Of a DNA stretch of 64,000 bases, positions 1-11,739 are shown one piece after another. The translations under genes and the position numbers were made by a program. Source of the DNA: Eutreptiella sp. 'Long Island Sound 2002' (Eukaryota; Protista; Euglenida); contig OZ038379.1 in assembly GCA_964036045.1 (NCBI GenBank), forward strand, positions 19,716,001 to 19,780,000, in the 5' to 3' direction. Position 1 is the first letter of the stretch. Every line of letters starts with the position of its first letter. The notes beneath the pieces were generated by a model. The model searched no databases. It was not told the DNA's origin and saw only the letters and a program-made list of their open reading frames with translations.

Positions 1-741
1 TGCTTGCATATGTTTTTGCGAAAGTGTTCAAGCGCAACTTAACTGGTTGACTTAGACAATCAAAGAGCATGAGGGTGATTAAAGCATGTGTCCCCTTGTT
101 ATGCATCACAATGTGTGTTCCGCCAGTGACACGGTTGCCACAAAACCCGCAAGCGGTGGCCAATGAAGCCTCTTCATGCCTGTTCACACACCCTTTTCGT
201 AGAAAGTGTTGACCCACATGTGTACGCATGCGCATGCGTACACATGTGGCCTCGCAAATGTTGCATTGCGTTGGGCGGGAAATGTCTTTGGTCAATCTTT
301 TGTCACCACACTGTGTAACAAACAAGTCTTCATAAAGCTCACAGGAGGCACAATTCGAAGTGCGGTTTGGGAACACTATTCCGAAAGCGCATCCAACTGA
401 CTTGTTGGTGCATACCATTTGTTATGCTCGTTTACCTGCAAACGAAGGAACCGGACAGAGGTACCAAGAAATGACAATGCATGCGCATGAAGACCTGACC
501 TGTACCAGGCTGTACATACAAGCCTGCCCTTGCATAGCGGTCAAGGGGCATAGATTGCCCATGGACTGTGAGGTGCATTGCACCCTCAATCTCACATGTG
601 GAGGTGTCCATGGCTGAGTGTCGAAATGAATCGGCGACAGCGCGAAGGTAACGAATGCCCAAAGTGAGCTTGTCTTGGTGAAAGAGCGAAAGCCGGCCAA
701 TTTCTCCATTGTGACACGCTTGGTCGCCTACCACAGTCACT

Positions 742-1551
742 ATGGAAACAACTCCCCCTCTGCAGCCGCTGCTTCGCAAGAGCTACAAGCAACTGCCCCA
801 AGCCAGCCTGCAGTCTCTTCGCAACTTTCAAGCAATGAAGAAGCCCCTGTCCCACCTCCGGAGAATGACCCACATGCTGCATGTGGCGGAAAATGTGGCC
901 ACAAAGACGCCCGTTTTGGTCAATGCGGATGCACCTAGGAAATTTGTGGCTGTGGGTACCGTCTCAAGGGCCGGATTTTGGGTAGGGAAAGGTTGCAGCA
1001 TTACATTTCCGATAAGCACGTGGTGGGTGCATGCTCCCTCCCCCGAACCATCGATTTTTGGAAGCATTGAACGGTTTGTTGTAAGAGGAGCCGCACCAGA
1101 CATTCTATGTGATGCTCAGCTGGAAGTCCCCGATTTGGAGGATGGGATGTTTCTGTTCCCTCCACTTGATAGGCACCCCACTCTGTGGGCTGATTACATG
1201 CCTAATGGTCATACACAACAGTTGCTGATACTTAACGGGCCATTTGTTTTGGATGCACAGGACGCGGCTGAAGGTACGGTCCATTCATGGAACTGCGTTG
1301 GGTGGACAAACATAATGCCTACTACCGTCGCCCTGCAGCGGATGCTTTCCTGGGTGCCTACTCTCATCGCTCTGTGGCCACCCCATGTGTTGTGGTTTAC
1401 ATTTCGGCACACACAGGTTTGGGTTTGGGCACCATGTTGGCCTTTGAAAGATTTTGCAAAAAGAACCGCCCCTTGGAGCACTTGCCTAAGACAAACGCGG
1501 AAAAACGTCGCATCCCCGACTAGGAGGGCCACGCAACAAAGCGTGGAGTGA
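742..1551 (+). other. 269-aa ORF of unknown function, probably transposon-derived
   Basis: Long uninterrupted frame with no recognisable domain and no strong GC3 bias. It runs directly into the 48-bp minisatellite. Confidence 0.2.
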
Positions 1552-2478
1552 GAGTCCCTAACCACGACTCAAAAAGCCACGCAACAAAGCGTGGATTGCA
1601 AATACCTAACCCCATCTCAAAAAGCCACGCAACAAAGCGTGGATTGCGAATACCTAACCCCATCTCAAAAAGCCACGCAACAAAGCGTGGATTGCGAATC
1701 CGTAGCCCCCACTCAAAAGGCCATGCCACAAAGCGTGGATTGAGAGCCCCCAACCCCAACTCAAAAGGCCACGCAACAAAGCGTAGATCGCGAGTCCCTA
1801 ACTCCAACTCAAAAAGCCACGTAACAAAGTGTGGGTTGAGAGTCCCTAGCCCCAACTCAAGAAGCCACGCAACAAAGCGTGGATTGCGAATACCTAGAGC
1901 CAACTCAAAAGGCCACGCAACAAAGCGTGGATTATGGATTCGTAAACCCAACTTAAAAAGCCACGCAACAAAGCGTGGATTGAGAGTCCCCGACCCCAAC
2001 TCAAAACGCCACGCGACAAAGCGTGCATTGTGAATCCCTAACCCCAACTTAAAACGCCACGCAACAAAGCGTGGATTGAGAGTCCGTTACCCCAACTCAA
2101 AAAGCCACAACAAAGCGTGGATTGTGAATCCCAAAAACCCGACTCAAAAAGCCACGCAACAAAGCGTGGATTGCGAATCCCTAACCCCAATTCAAAAAGC
2201 CACGCAACAAAGCCTGGATTGTTAATCCCGAACCCCAACTCAAAACGCCACGCAACAAAGCGTGGATTGAGAGTCCCTAACCCCAACTCAAAAAGCCACG
2301 CAACAAAGTGTGGATTGAGAGTCCCTAACCCCAACTCAAAAGGCCACACAACAAAGCGTGGATTGCGAATCCCTAACCCCAACTCAAAAAAGCACGCAAC
2401 AAAGCGTGGATTGAGAGTCCCTAACCCCAACTCAAAGGGCCACACAACAAAGCGTGGATTGCAAATCCCTAAACCCAA
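1527..2478. repeat. 48-bp minisatellite, about 20 units
   Basis: Consensus CCCTAACCCCAACTCAAAAAGCCACGCAACAAAGCGTGGATTGAGAGT. Each unit has a CCACGC-AACAAA-GCGTGG hairpin and a CCCTAA hexamer. A 2-nt deletion near 2108 breaks the periodic frame. Confidence 0.97.
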
Positions 2479-3097
2479 GTGTGGAAAAAAATATAGGCAA
2501 GAAAAAAAGGAAGAACGCAGTCCGTTCGCGCCAAAAAGAATTTGGCGCTGCACTCGGGCCGGAGTTTTGCTCCGAATACAGGATCTTCACTTCGCAACAA
2601 ACGACATTTGTATAGCGGCCCGTCTTGCGATCTCTGGCACTCAAAAGCATTAATGGTTTGATGCAAAGGAAGTATACACTAAAAAAAAGGGGGCGCTGTT
2701 GGCGCCATGCCCCCGACCCACTATCTCTCAAAACCCGGGGGGGGGGTTGGGGGGTGTCACATACAATGACCGCCCCCCCCCCCCCTGTGGTTTTAAGGGT
2801 AGTTTTATCCCCCATTTGGGGGTGGTTTTATGCCCGGGACCAAAGAAAAGTCTCACCATGCCTAGTCAAAAGGCAAAGAATGGTCTCACTGTGCCTCTTC
2901 AAAAAGCCGAAACAACCGAAAAATGCGGTAAATTACAGACCACAATCCCCCCCCCCCCCCAATCGCAACCGTGTCAGCATCTCCGAATCAGATGACGCCA
3001 TTTTGATTCTTTGCTACTTTATATAGCCTGGACGGAAAATGTTATGTGAGCATTTGTGGATCCCAACATAGTCGCTACCTAATCCATGCCTTCTCAA

Positions 3098-3460
3098 GGT
3101 CTCCAAAATGGACATGAATCAAAATGGCTACATCCCCCTTGCTGTCTTGGGTCTCCAAAGTGGATAAGAATCAAACTGGCAAGATAACCCTTGCCTTCTC
3201 AGGGTCTGCAAAGAGGGGGGGCATCAATGTGGCGACAACCCCAACCATCTTGGCATCTCCAAAATGGAGTGAAATTTAAATGGCCCAAAATGGAGTACAG
3301 TCAAAATGGCTACACAAGCTCTCCTGTCTCGTGGCCTCCAAAATGGAGAGGAATCAAAATGGCAACACAACGCCTGTCGTCTTGGGGTCCATAGAGCGAA
3401 GAGGAATCAAAATGGCTTCATAACTCCTGCCGTGTCGCAATCGGAGGGTGCCCAAACGGC
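3098..3460. repeat. Diverged ~50-55-bp tandem repeat (CAAAATGG-rich)
   Basis: Recurring (GT)CTCCAAAATGG...AATCAAAATGGCTACA...CCTTGC/CCTGCC...GGGT units. Related to the TAC(A/G)TCACCCCTGC.TTCTCGGGGTCCCC module at ~26480 and ~32675. Confidence 0.7.
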
Positions 3461-4455
3461 AAGGAACGGGATCCCTAGTAGGGAAGTTTTGGATAGTGCT
3501 GGGAAGAATATTGGTCAGGGTCCAAAATGGCCAAAATTGCACACAACACGCAATGTGTACCTGAACACCTGCTATGGCTAGGGCTAGATGCATACACTGC
3601 TGCAGAAACCTGCAGCCAAGTACAGAACAGAGGCTCTTACTTTTGCGTTGGAAGGGAAAATTGCAGAACAAGCGGGGTCCAATACAGCACTGTCACCTTG
3701 TACCCATCCAACACACAACAGTGTTCGCTCCATGGCAAACAAGCACTGAAGACAGAAAGCACAACTGCCTGCTGGGACATGCACCCCATGACAATGAATG
3801 ATCTCCACACAACATCTGGCTCTGTTCCCTGTCTGAGCAAAAAGTGTTATTCACAAAGGTGTGAAACTTTTGCGGAAAATTCCTGCGCAGAATCTGAACA
3901 GCATTGTGCCAAGCACTGATGCACATCTCTCTGACACCATATTTTGCCAGACAGAATCCAGACTAGATGCCTTCTGAGAAATGCAAGCCCACATTTTGTT
4001 GACTAGCAGAAGAGTCTTGCAGAGCTTGCCAGCACAAAGGTAAAATGGCTGCTAAAGCGTCTGTGCATTTTGAATCTTGAAAGCGCGTGCGACAACATGT
4101 AATAAAGCAATAACCAGCGGCTGTCCACTGCATTGCACTAACCCAAAATTGATGGCAAAATTATAATTCGAACTTTTCAACAGCAACCACTCAATCCCAC
4201 CACATTCTGCCTCTTGCTTCGCAGAGATCTAAGTGATAACTTGAAACACCTGCAGAGACTTAGGCAAGTATGACAGTTTTCCACCCTCTGTCTCAACTTG
4301 TTTCTCTGTTGTTTGAGGGGAGATAACAAGAAATTTGCCAATAAAGAAAAGACAACCAGACTGGTTTAATGGAAACACATCTCTTCCAAAAAATTACAAT
4401 TGGTGACTGCAGGTGAGATGAAGTGCAGAGAGTTGCATCATGCCACAGCCACATA

Positions 4456-4586
4456 GGCCAAGTTCTTGCACTGCGTGCGCACTGCGCACGCAGAGGCTGG
4501 GATACTCACCCAAGAATACCTGTCACCTGTCTAGTAGCACGGCGAAGCAGCAAAGCCCACATGAGAACAATGAAAATGCCTTCAAG
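4456..4586 (+). mobile_element. Terminal fragment of a Harbinger-related element (GGCCAAGTT terminus), second copy at 32214-32370
   Basis: GGCCAAGTT..GCACTGCGTGCGCACTGCG..GGATACTCACCCAAGAATAC.TGTCACCTG..GAAGCAGCAAA.CCCACATGAGAAC is shared with 32214-32370. The GCACTGCG repeats match the subtermini of the GGGGGA family. Confidence 0.55.
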
Positions 4587-5178
4587 GGCCTTCAAGGGCG
4601 CCAAACATCCACATGCAGAACTACGCATCTACACATGCATAGGTTCATCAATGTGTAATTGTACCTTGCCATTTGCGTTTTGGGAGCTGATCTTGGCGAG
4701 CATCCTCAAAGTTTTCAAACATGATTTCCTTCAATGCTTTCCATCTCTTGTCTTGCGTGGTGCACCTTGACAATTCAAGTATGCGACATCCTAAATGCTT
4801 AGGAAGCTAAAAAAAAACCTGGTACGGAACCAAAAACTTGTGAAAAGGGGCCGAAACTAGGGTTCGAGTATTTGTCGACATCCAAAACTTCGCACTGCGT
4901 GCGCACTGCGTGCATGGCATTCCCATAGTGTCACCTGCGATCTGCGCCAACATGGTGTATTTATGACCACAAGATGTATCACAATAGATGCAGTACTTTG
5001 AAAACAAAAGCTTAAATGCGGACGCCCCTGGCGCTGAGTACTGTGGCCGCCACAATCAACACACACCGGAGATAGCCACAGCAGAATTCCTCCTGTGGGA
5101 CACCAACACTGGGGATCCGCTTCTTGACCGCCTGCCCGCCCCCACCACGGGTGATGACTCCAACTTGCAACCCTTGGC

Positions 5179-5850
5179 TCAAGCCACCAAAGGTTCATCA
5201 GCATCGACCAGGGGGGAGAGGTGGGACACAGGCTCGCGTACATAAACATCAACATCATCAACATTGTACCCCACGTCCAGGCCCAGGTCAAATTCCTGGT
5301 CAACATCGTAATCGTACCCATAATTTCGCACCCGTGACATCCTCGCCTGCTCCGTCTCAAGGCTCAAGTCAAGCTCGTATTCCTCCGCAAAGCCGCCCCA
5401 GATGCGGTTTCGGAGATTGCGGTACCGTCTACTGCCACCGATGGGTACTTGCCCAGGGCGGTAATGCAAGTATGGGTAGCTGTGATGCGGTGCCATGGCA
5501 AAGGACTCCAATCGGTCGGCCAGCAGATCACTGGCAGCCCAAAGGTCATCAAATTCACGTCCGATTTCTCGGTCCAAGATGTGGTTATAGTCGTAGTTGA
5601 TCTCTCGATAGTCGCGGATAGGGCGTGCCGAAGGGACCCGGCTGGAACGAGGAGAACGCCCCAAACCAGCGTATATGCTTTCGTAAATCTCACCCGCCAT
5701 GGCATCTACGCTATGATCCCCCTCATAGTCATAGACCCTTCTCACCGGTGTTCTTGCTCTCCTCGCTGCGATCGCTCGCCTTGGAGAGCTATGGGTTCTA
5801 CGCGGCGATCTCCGGTGCGAGTTCGCAGCTGCTTCCCATGCCATCGGCAT
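5179..5850 (-). CDS. Orphan 223-aa protein, Arg/Ser-rich N-terminus and Tyr/Asp/Glu-rich C-terminus
   Basis: Intact ORF MPMAWEAAANSHRRSPRR...DADEPLVA* from the ATG at 5850. A pyrimidine tract plus AG (GGCCTTTCCCGCCTTTCGCGTTTTAG) lies 14 nt upstream. No recognisable domain. Confidence 0.45.
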   Translation of the reverse strand: MPMAWEAAANSHRRSPRRTHSSPRRAIAARRARTPVRRVYDYEGDHSVDAMAGEIYESIYAGLGRSPRSSRVPSARPIRDYREINYDYNHILDREIGREFDDLWAASDLLADRLESFAMAPHHSYPYLHYRPGQVPIGGSRRYRNLRNRIWGGFAEEYELDLSLETEQARMSRVRNYGYDYDVDQEFDLGLDVGYNVDDVDVYVREPVSHLSPLVDADEPLVA

Positions 5851-5864
5851 TTCGAAACGGTTGG

Positions 5865-5892
5865 CTAAAACGCGAAAGGCGGGAAAGGCCAC
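5865..5892 (-). promoter_or_regulatory. Putative 3' splice / trans-splice acceptor upstream of the orphan ORF
   Basis: Minus strand CCTTTCCCGCCTTTCGCGTTTTAG, with AG at 5866-5865. Confidence 0.4.
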
Positions 5893-7186
5893 AGCCGCAC
5901 ACCAGCAACACGCCTACTGCATTTCATCCCGCTGACTGCAGCGTGGTAAAACATCATAGATCGAGCAAGCGCAATGCAGTTCCCACCCATCTCTGTTGCC
6001 ACAGTATGCCTTCTGAACGTTTTGGCTAAGATAAAGTGGTATCTGTCCTTATCAGTGCCGGATGTCTTCGAAACAGAAATTCAACTAATTTTTCGCTGCG
6101 GCTCTGCGTTTAGATTCAGACAGGGCAACAAGGACTTACATTTCGGTGTAAACTTAGGCTTGCCCTCAACTTTAACCGAACAGCACCTCAAACATGTGGA
6201 ATTCGAACAATCAATGAAGTGCAGCGTTCAAGGACCCATTTTTTGACCGCATGTGACCCATGGGGGACACCTATGCACTATGTGCACATTTGCTGCTGGG
6301 ACCTACATTGTCTACCCATTGGAGACTATGATCCCCCCGAGCACAAAAACAATGCACCAAGAACACATTTCATCATTGTCACATCATATTTTCCGGAGGC
6401 ATCCTGATCTGCCCATCACCCATGATACCGGTGCATACCCTGAGCAGAGTGACGCTTCAAATAGGGTCGTGCATGCACACAGGGCATGACTCTGCACTGC
6501 CAAAAATGTGTTGCAGAGTGTATGCATGGAGGCAGTTGCGGTATCCTGACACCTATGGTGGTGTTCAACAAGGTGCCAAAGAGTGTTTTCATTATAGTTT
6601 GTTTGAATGCATATGGAATCCACCACGCATAGGCTGGGTCCAACTGAACAGTGCCATGTTGCAATGGGGATGTATGTGCGGCATCCAGAGAGGTAGTTTC
6701 CAAGGGTTGGGTATAGACCTACTCGGCCGGGGATTCCGTGGTGTGTTCCAGGGGGGCGGTTGAATTTAGAGGTGATGCTCAGCTGCGCATGACAACTGGG
6801 ATCTTCCTTCACCAGAGCAACTTGTTTCAACACTTGCGCAATGCTACTGAGCACTGGTATGGCCCAATACAATACCTTTCTCTACAACAAGATTCGTCCA
6901 CAACATGAGTGGAGTCACAATCACTTTGTCATCCCTTGTTCATGTCTTCTACTCGGCCCACCAAGGAAGACATGTCAAAACGCACGTTCCATGGGATTGC
7001 ACATTTTTGGGCATTATCTAGGCATAATGTTCTACATCACACGGCACAATATATTTTCAGTTTGCCCCGTGCAAGCCTTTTGTGCATCCATTCTTCTCAT
7101 TACTTGAATGTGAATGCACCTCACTTTGTAGGTGTTTCAATGCTCACCCTCGCCTCCGGAGTCGGGGTTCACTGGCACCCCCCCCC

Positions 7187-7285
7187 CCCCCTGTCCTTCC
7201 CCCCCAGGGAAGGCGGTCCCCCCCGACCACCTGGGGACGGTTGCCAAATGAAGGTCGCCTCGAGTCCCCAAGGAAGGACAGGGGG
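7187..7285. mobile_element. Small foldback / MITE-like element
   Basis: Perfect 14-bp inverted repeat CCCCCTGTCCTTCC (7187-7200) / GGAAGGACAGGGGG (7272-7285). No clear TSD. Confidence 0.4.
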
Positions 7286-10200
7286 CCGTGAAGCAACTTA
7301 GCTACCAATATAGCCCCTGTGACACAGACGATACGGGGAAGAACGGGGGTGAAGGGGCGGGGGAAAACATGAGGTGATGGACGGACAGCACCCTTTGCCC
7401 CCTGACAGTGTCGTTGGCCTTGGAACGCTGGCCACAGCCTATACGGCTGCACCACATGTGCCAAGCAATCAAGGAGTGCGAGTTCAGATCTAGCGGGAGA
7501 CAAGGAATGCTGGGAGACCACAATTGCACCTTTTTGTGGGCAGGAAAAACAGTTCATGGGGGGATCAGTTGCGCTGCGCGCGCACCGCGTAACGTGTTGG
7601 AACAACCTATGGGGAAAAGGTGCAATATCCCCGTTACAGACATTGTCACTGTCAGTCTGTGTGCCCATACTGTGGACAGTGCCATAGCTCAGGAGCACAG
7701 CAGGGGAAAAGAAACACAGAAGGGACCTCATGTAAAGGACATGCTGTTCAACTTTATGTGCACCGGTTGCAAATTTGGTCATGCTTGCAGGAACCAAAGA
7801 GGGCAGGAAGCATCATGTGAATGGAGCTTAGGAAATGTTGCAAATCGGTGACTGTGTGATTGATCAGACTTTTCTGTTGCAGAAAAACCTTGATGCCGTG
7901 GAGGCTGCAGTTTGTGACTTGTGGGTTCGCTCTGCACGCTCCAGTACATTCTTTGTGTGCTCAAGCCACCCAGGCAACCGCCACGTCCTCTCGGCTCCAG
8001 CTGTCACCAGTTTTTTGGTGCCGCGTTTTTGGCCACTCAGTCTGCTGCTCACTCTTCTGCGATGACATCAGTGGAACCTAGCACATCACAGTCAGATGGT
8101 CAAAGGAAACACGGGAAACCTTGCCGACCTGAGATTCTGAATGAAGCAAAGTACCCGTGTATGAACTAGTTGGGCTTTTTTTGGGGGGGTTTCCAAATGA
8201 CTTCAAGTGCACAACAACCAAAAGGAAGGTGTTTTTGGGCCCACAACTGAGATCCAGGTGGAGTATGGTCAGTGGCAAGCTTGTTTGGTCAAAAATGGGG
8301 CTACCAATTGTTCTGCCGATTTGTTGGGATTTCTCCGCTTCGGGGAGCATCCGTCTCCAGATTTTTGGATGAAAATTCCCCATCCATCCCACCAGCTGCA
8401 CCACCAAGCCTTGGCAGAGTGGGGACGGCACCTGCCGTCCTGGCTGCATGGGTGGAGTCATTGGCGAGAGGGCATCCGTCAGGCAATCATCTTGGTCATG
8501 CTCATTGTGTCCTGAAAAAAGAAAAAAACCGGTACCGAACCCCCACCCAGCCCCGCCAGTGTGTCGTTCAGCTCTGAAACCTTGATTTTTGGATTCCCTG
8601 TATTCAAAATAGGGGGTATGTGGTGGCAAACAGCACTTACTCATTATCTTGGCACACCAACCCAATCTCATAAAAAACCTCCGACTATTCGTCAGCCCCC
8701 CTACGAAAACGCCCATATACATCAGACACCCTTCCTTACCACAACCAACTGCAGACTAAACTCGAGTAAATGTCTATGTGCACAGTGTCTACAAACTGCA
8801 GTATTACGCCTGTTTTCTGACACGTAATAATCCAAGACGCGTCGCAACAGGCGTCTTATTCCGACGTGTCGCAAAGCTACGACGCGTCGCAAAGCGCTGT
8901 ACTACGAGGCATCGTTTTTTGACAGATGTGCCAAAGGGTGCCAAAGACTGCAGTACAAAGCCGCGGGCTTACAAGGACTGCCATTTTTGGCATAGAATAC
9001 CCTGAGACAACCGCCAACGACCGTCAACTGGTCATCGGTTGACCATCATCTGTCGGGGATGGATGTTGAACCGTCGGCAGTTGGACATGAGCCGCCACAA
9101 AAGTCGGCGAGATCGAGTCGGCGGTCGAGAGAGATTGCTGCGGTGGACAGCAAGACCGAAATCCGCCAAATCCTAACGATTTGCATTCGATATGATCTGG
9201 CGGTCCCGGAGTCCCATGACAAAACTCTGGGTCAGGACCGGGTCAGGGAGAGAGGGGGGACTAGGTCGTCGACACAGAGCCATTGAAAGAGGGTTGACGG
9301 ATTGCTGCCCCACAAAATGGAACTGCTGGTCCCACCCGTTGCCCAATGCAGCGATGAAGAGAGAGACGTCGATTTCTTGTCCCGTGTGACCCATACTGTT
9401 ACACACCACCGTCACATAGCAACCCCCGCCCCCCCCCCAAAGAGATAGAGGACCACCGCACTGGGCAGCTGGGCTTTGGTACCTACCCCCCTTCCCGTGA
9501 CTTACTAGGGGCCACGAGGGTGCCAAGCGCCCGAAGCAGAAACATCGCCCCCGCGACGTCCGCTTACCTGCCAGCGCAGGCAGACTTCACATTCAGTGAT
9601 TCTGAGACCACGAATTTCGGAGGGTGCTCTTCGCTACAATTGATGTGGGAAGTTGTAGTACAGGGTCAGGGCCGTTGCGGAGCAACAAGCGTTACAGATC
9701 AGGGGTGTGCTGTAATTCCAGGCATGTCGCCTGTGGTGTTCGAGGCGACAGGATGAAGTGCGCTGGGGAAGTGTAGGTCATCCATCTGAAGGGGTGAGGG
9801 GGATGGCCAGAGAGCCCCCCCCAGCCCCCCCCCCCCCCCAACTCCTCCAGCAAACGTACTCCTCCTTTGTGCCTCCATGTGTCCCCCCCCCACGTTGTGC
9901 TGTGGCCTTGCTGCGTCCCTCACTTGGTTTGTGTCGCAGAGGGGGGAGGGGGGTCGTGTGCCGCTGTGGGGGGGTTGTGTGTGCCCAGCACTTCCCTGCC
10001 CTTGGAGCCCCTTAGTGAGCCGAGCCCCCTGGTGAGCCCGCTTTTGCGGACGTGACCCTGAGGGCTACACCGTCTCCTGGAATCAAAGGGGGGGGTACCC
10101 GTATCCGGCGCGATTGTGTGCGCCACGATGGTCACCTGGAGCTGCAAACGTAAGCCTTTCCTCGGTTCACAGTCATGCCAACACAAATTCTTGTCCTTGT

Positions 10201-10567
10201 GTCCTGCACCAACTTGGTATGCCCTTGGGCTGTCTTGGTAGGGGTTTGAGCCACCATGTACAGCCATGTGGCAAAACCTCCATGCCCATGGTGTAAATGG
10301 CGTGGAAACCTGGCGGGGGGGGGAGGGCATGCGAAACCCTCATGCGGTGCCCGCCCCCCCCCCCCCCCCTCCTCGGTTGCCACCTTTGTGGGCACCTCAT
10401 GGGTAGGAAAGAATTTGCCCCCAACTTTGCAGATTGGAATCAGGCCCCTGTCGTCAAAATACGATTTCCATTGGCAGGTTGGTGTGACCCGCCCACATGC
10501 CTACCTCTCGTATTGTAGATCACGCAGGGGGGAGTGCTCCAGGGGGAGCACAGGGGCCCACAGGGTG

Positions 10568-11632
10568 TCAGTCCTGTGCACACGCGGGCAGTGCCTCATC
10601 CAAAAAAGGCTCCTGGTCGGAGTTGCTCTCGTCGACATACTCATGCACAAAGTCGTCGAGCTGCAGCTCCGGTTGAAGCTCGATGGAGTCCAGCAACACA
10701 TGCCTGTGCCTGCGCACCCGCGCTCGGCACCGGGTCATGCCAATGATCAGACAAACAGAACCCAACGCCGCCCCACCGAACGCCCCGGTCGCGGGGGAAG
10801 GACGCTGAAGGAGGGCCTGACGAACGGCGTCGACGAGGGAGTGCGTTGTGTTGGCGGACGCGTGATGGCGCGCGTCGGCACTTGGGTGCTCCTCCTCCGC
10901 AGCGGCCAGGGGGCCTTGGGGGGGAGACGGGCCGCTTGCGGTGGGCGTTTGCGTGCGCGTCGGTTCGCGGGGCGGCGACGGGGAGGCCGGTGACTGCACT
11001 GGGGCAGGGCTTGTACTGGACGTCGCGGTGTGGCTTGGGGTTTGGGCACCGGAGGGCGTGGGGGTGGGGGTGGGGCTTGTGGAGACGTGGCGGGGGGCGG
11101 CACTGAACACCTCCGTCACGGCGCTCGTCCGCGCCTCCTCGGCCATGACGACCCCCCCGAAGGCGTAGACGGCCCCGCGCAGCGCGACGGTGCACATCCC
11201 GAAGCGCGGCGTCGGGAGGGGCGCCCCCGCCGCCCACCGCCGCGTGTCGGCGCTCCAGATGTGCACCGCCGCCGACACGGACCGACCGTCGCCGTCGGTG
11301 CTCCCCCCGACCGTCACGACGTACGTGTCGTCCACGGCCACGGCCCCGAGGTACTGCAGCGCCAGCGGGTGGTCGGCCTCGGAGCGCCACTCGTGGGCGG
11401 CGAGGGAGACGCAGTCCATGGCCCGCACCACCGCCTGCCGGCCCATGCCCCCCACGAGGCAGACGGCCCCGCGGATCAGCACCGCGGCGAAGCTCATGCG
11501 GGCGACCGGCATCGCCGTGGGGACGAACGACCACCGGCCGGTGGCGAGGTCGAGGATCTCCCCCGTCCGCAGGACGATGTTCCGCATGTCGTGGCCCCCG
11601 AAGACGTACAGCCGCCCCCGAGGGGCGAGCAC
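10568..11632 (-). CDS. Kelch-repeat membrane protein, exon 2 (blades 3-6, Pro/Ser/Thr stalk, probable TM, acidic tail)
   Basis: Acceptor GTGCCCCCAG|GTG at 11633/11632. Kelch motifs RLYVFGG, AVCLVGG, YVVTVGG and AVYAFGG with W/F blade ends. TPTPTPS-type stalk. Hydrophobic GAFGGAALGSVCLIIGM followed by basic TRCRARVRRHRH. Very high GC3. Confidence 0.9.
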   Translation of the reverse strand: MLAPRGRLYVFGGHDMRNIVLRTGEILDLATGRWSFVPTAMPVARMSFAAVLIRGAVCLVGGMGRQAVVRAMDCVSLAAHEWRSEADHPLALQYLGAVAVDDTYVVTVGGSTDGDGRSVSAAVHIWSADTRRWAAGAPLPTPRFGMCTVALRGAVYAFGGVVMAEEARTSAVTEVFSAAPRHVSTSPTPTPTPSGAQTPSHTATSSTSPAPVQSPASPSPPREPTRTQTPTASGPSPPQGPLAAAEEEHPSADARHHASANTTHSLVDAVRQALLQRPSPATGAFGGAALGSVCLIIGMTRCRARVRRHRHVLLDSIELQPELQLDDFVHEYVDESNSDQEPFLDEALPACAQD

Positions 11633-11739
11633 CTGGGGGCACGGGGGGACTGTGGGGGGACAGGGGGGGGCTGCCACCGGGTGCCGGGGGTCGATCAACG
11701 ATGTCCCACAGGGCGGAAGCAGCGCAACCCCCCGCACAA

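Noticed and set aside
1520-2653. Repeat-protein ORFs on both strands of the 48-bp array, and the array as a CRISPR
   Set aside because: Open frames follow from the 48-bp period. An internal 2-nt deletion and a TGA break them. The variable segments are related to each other rather than being unique spacers, and there are no cas genes.
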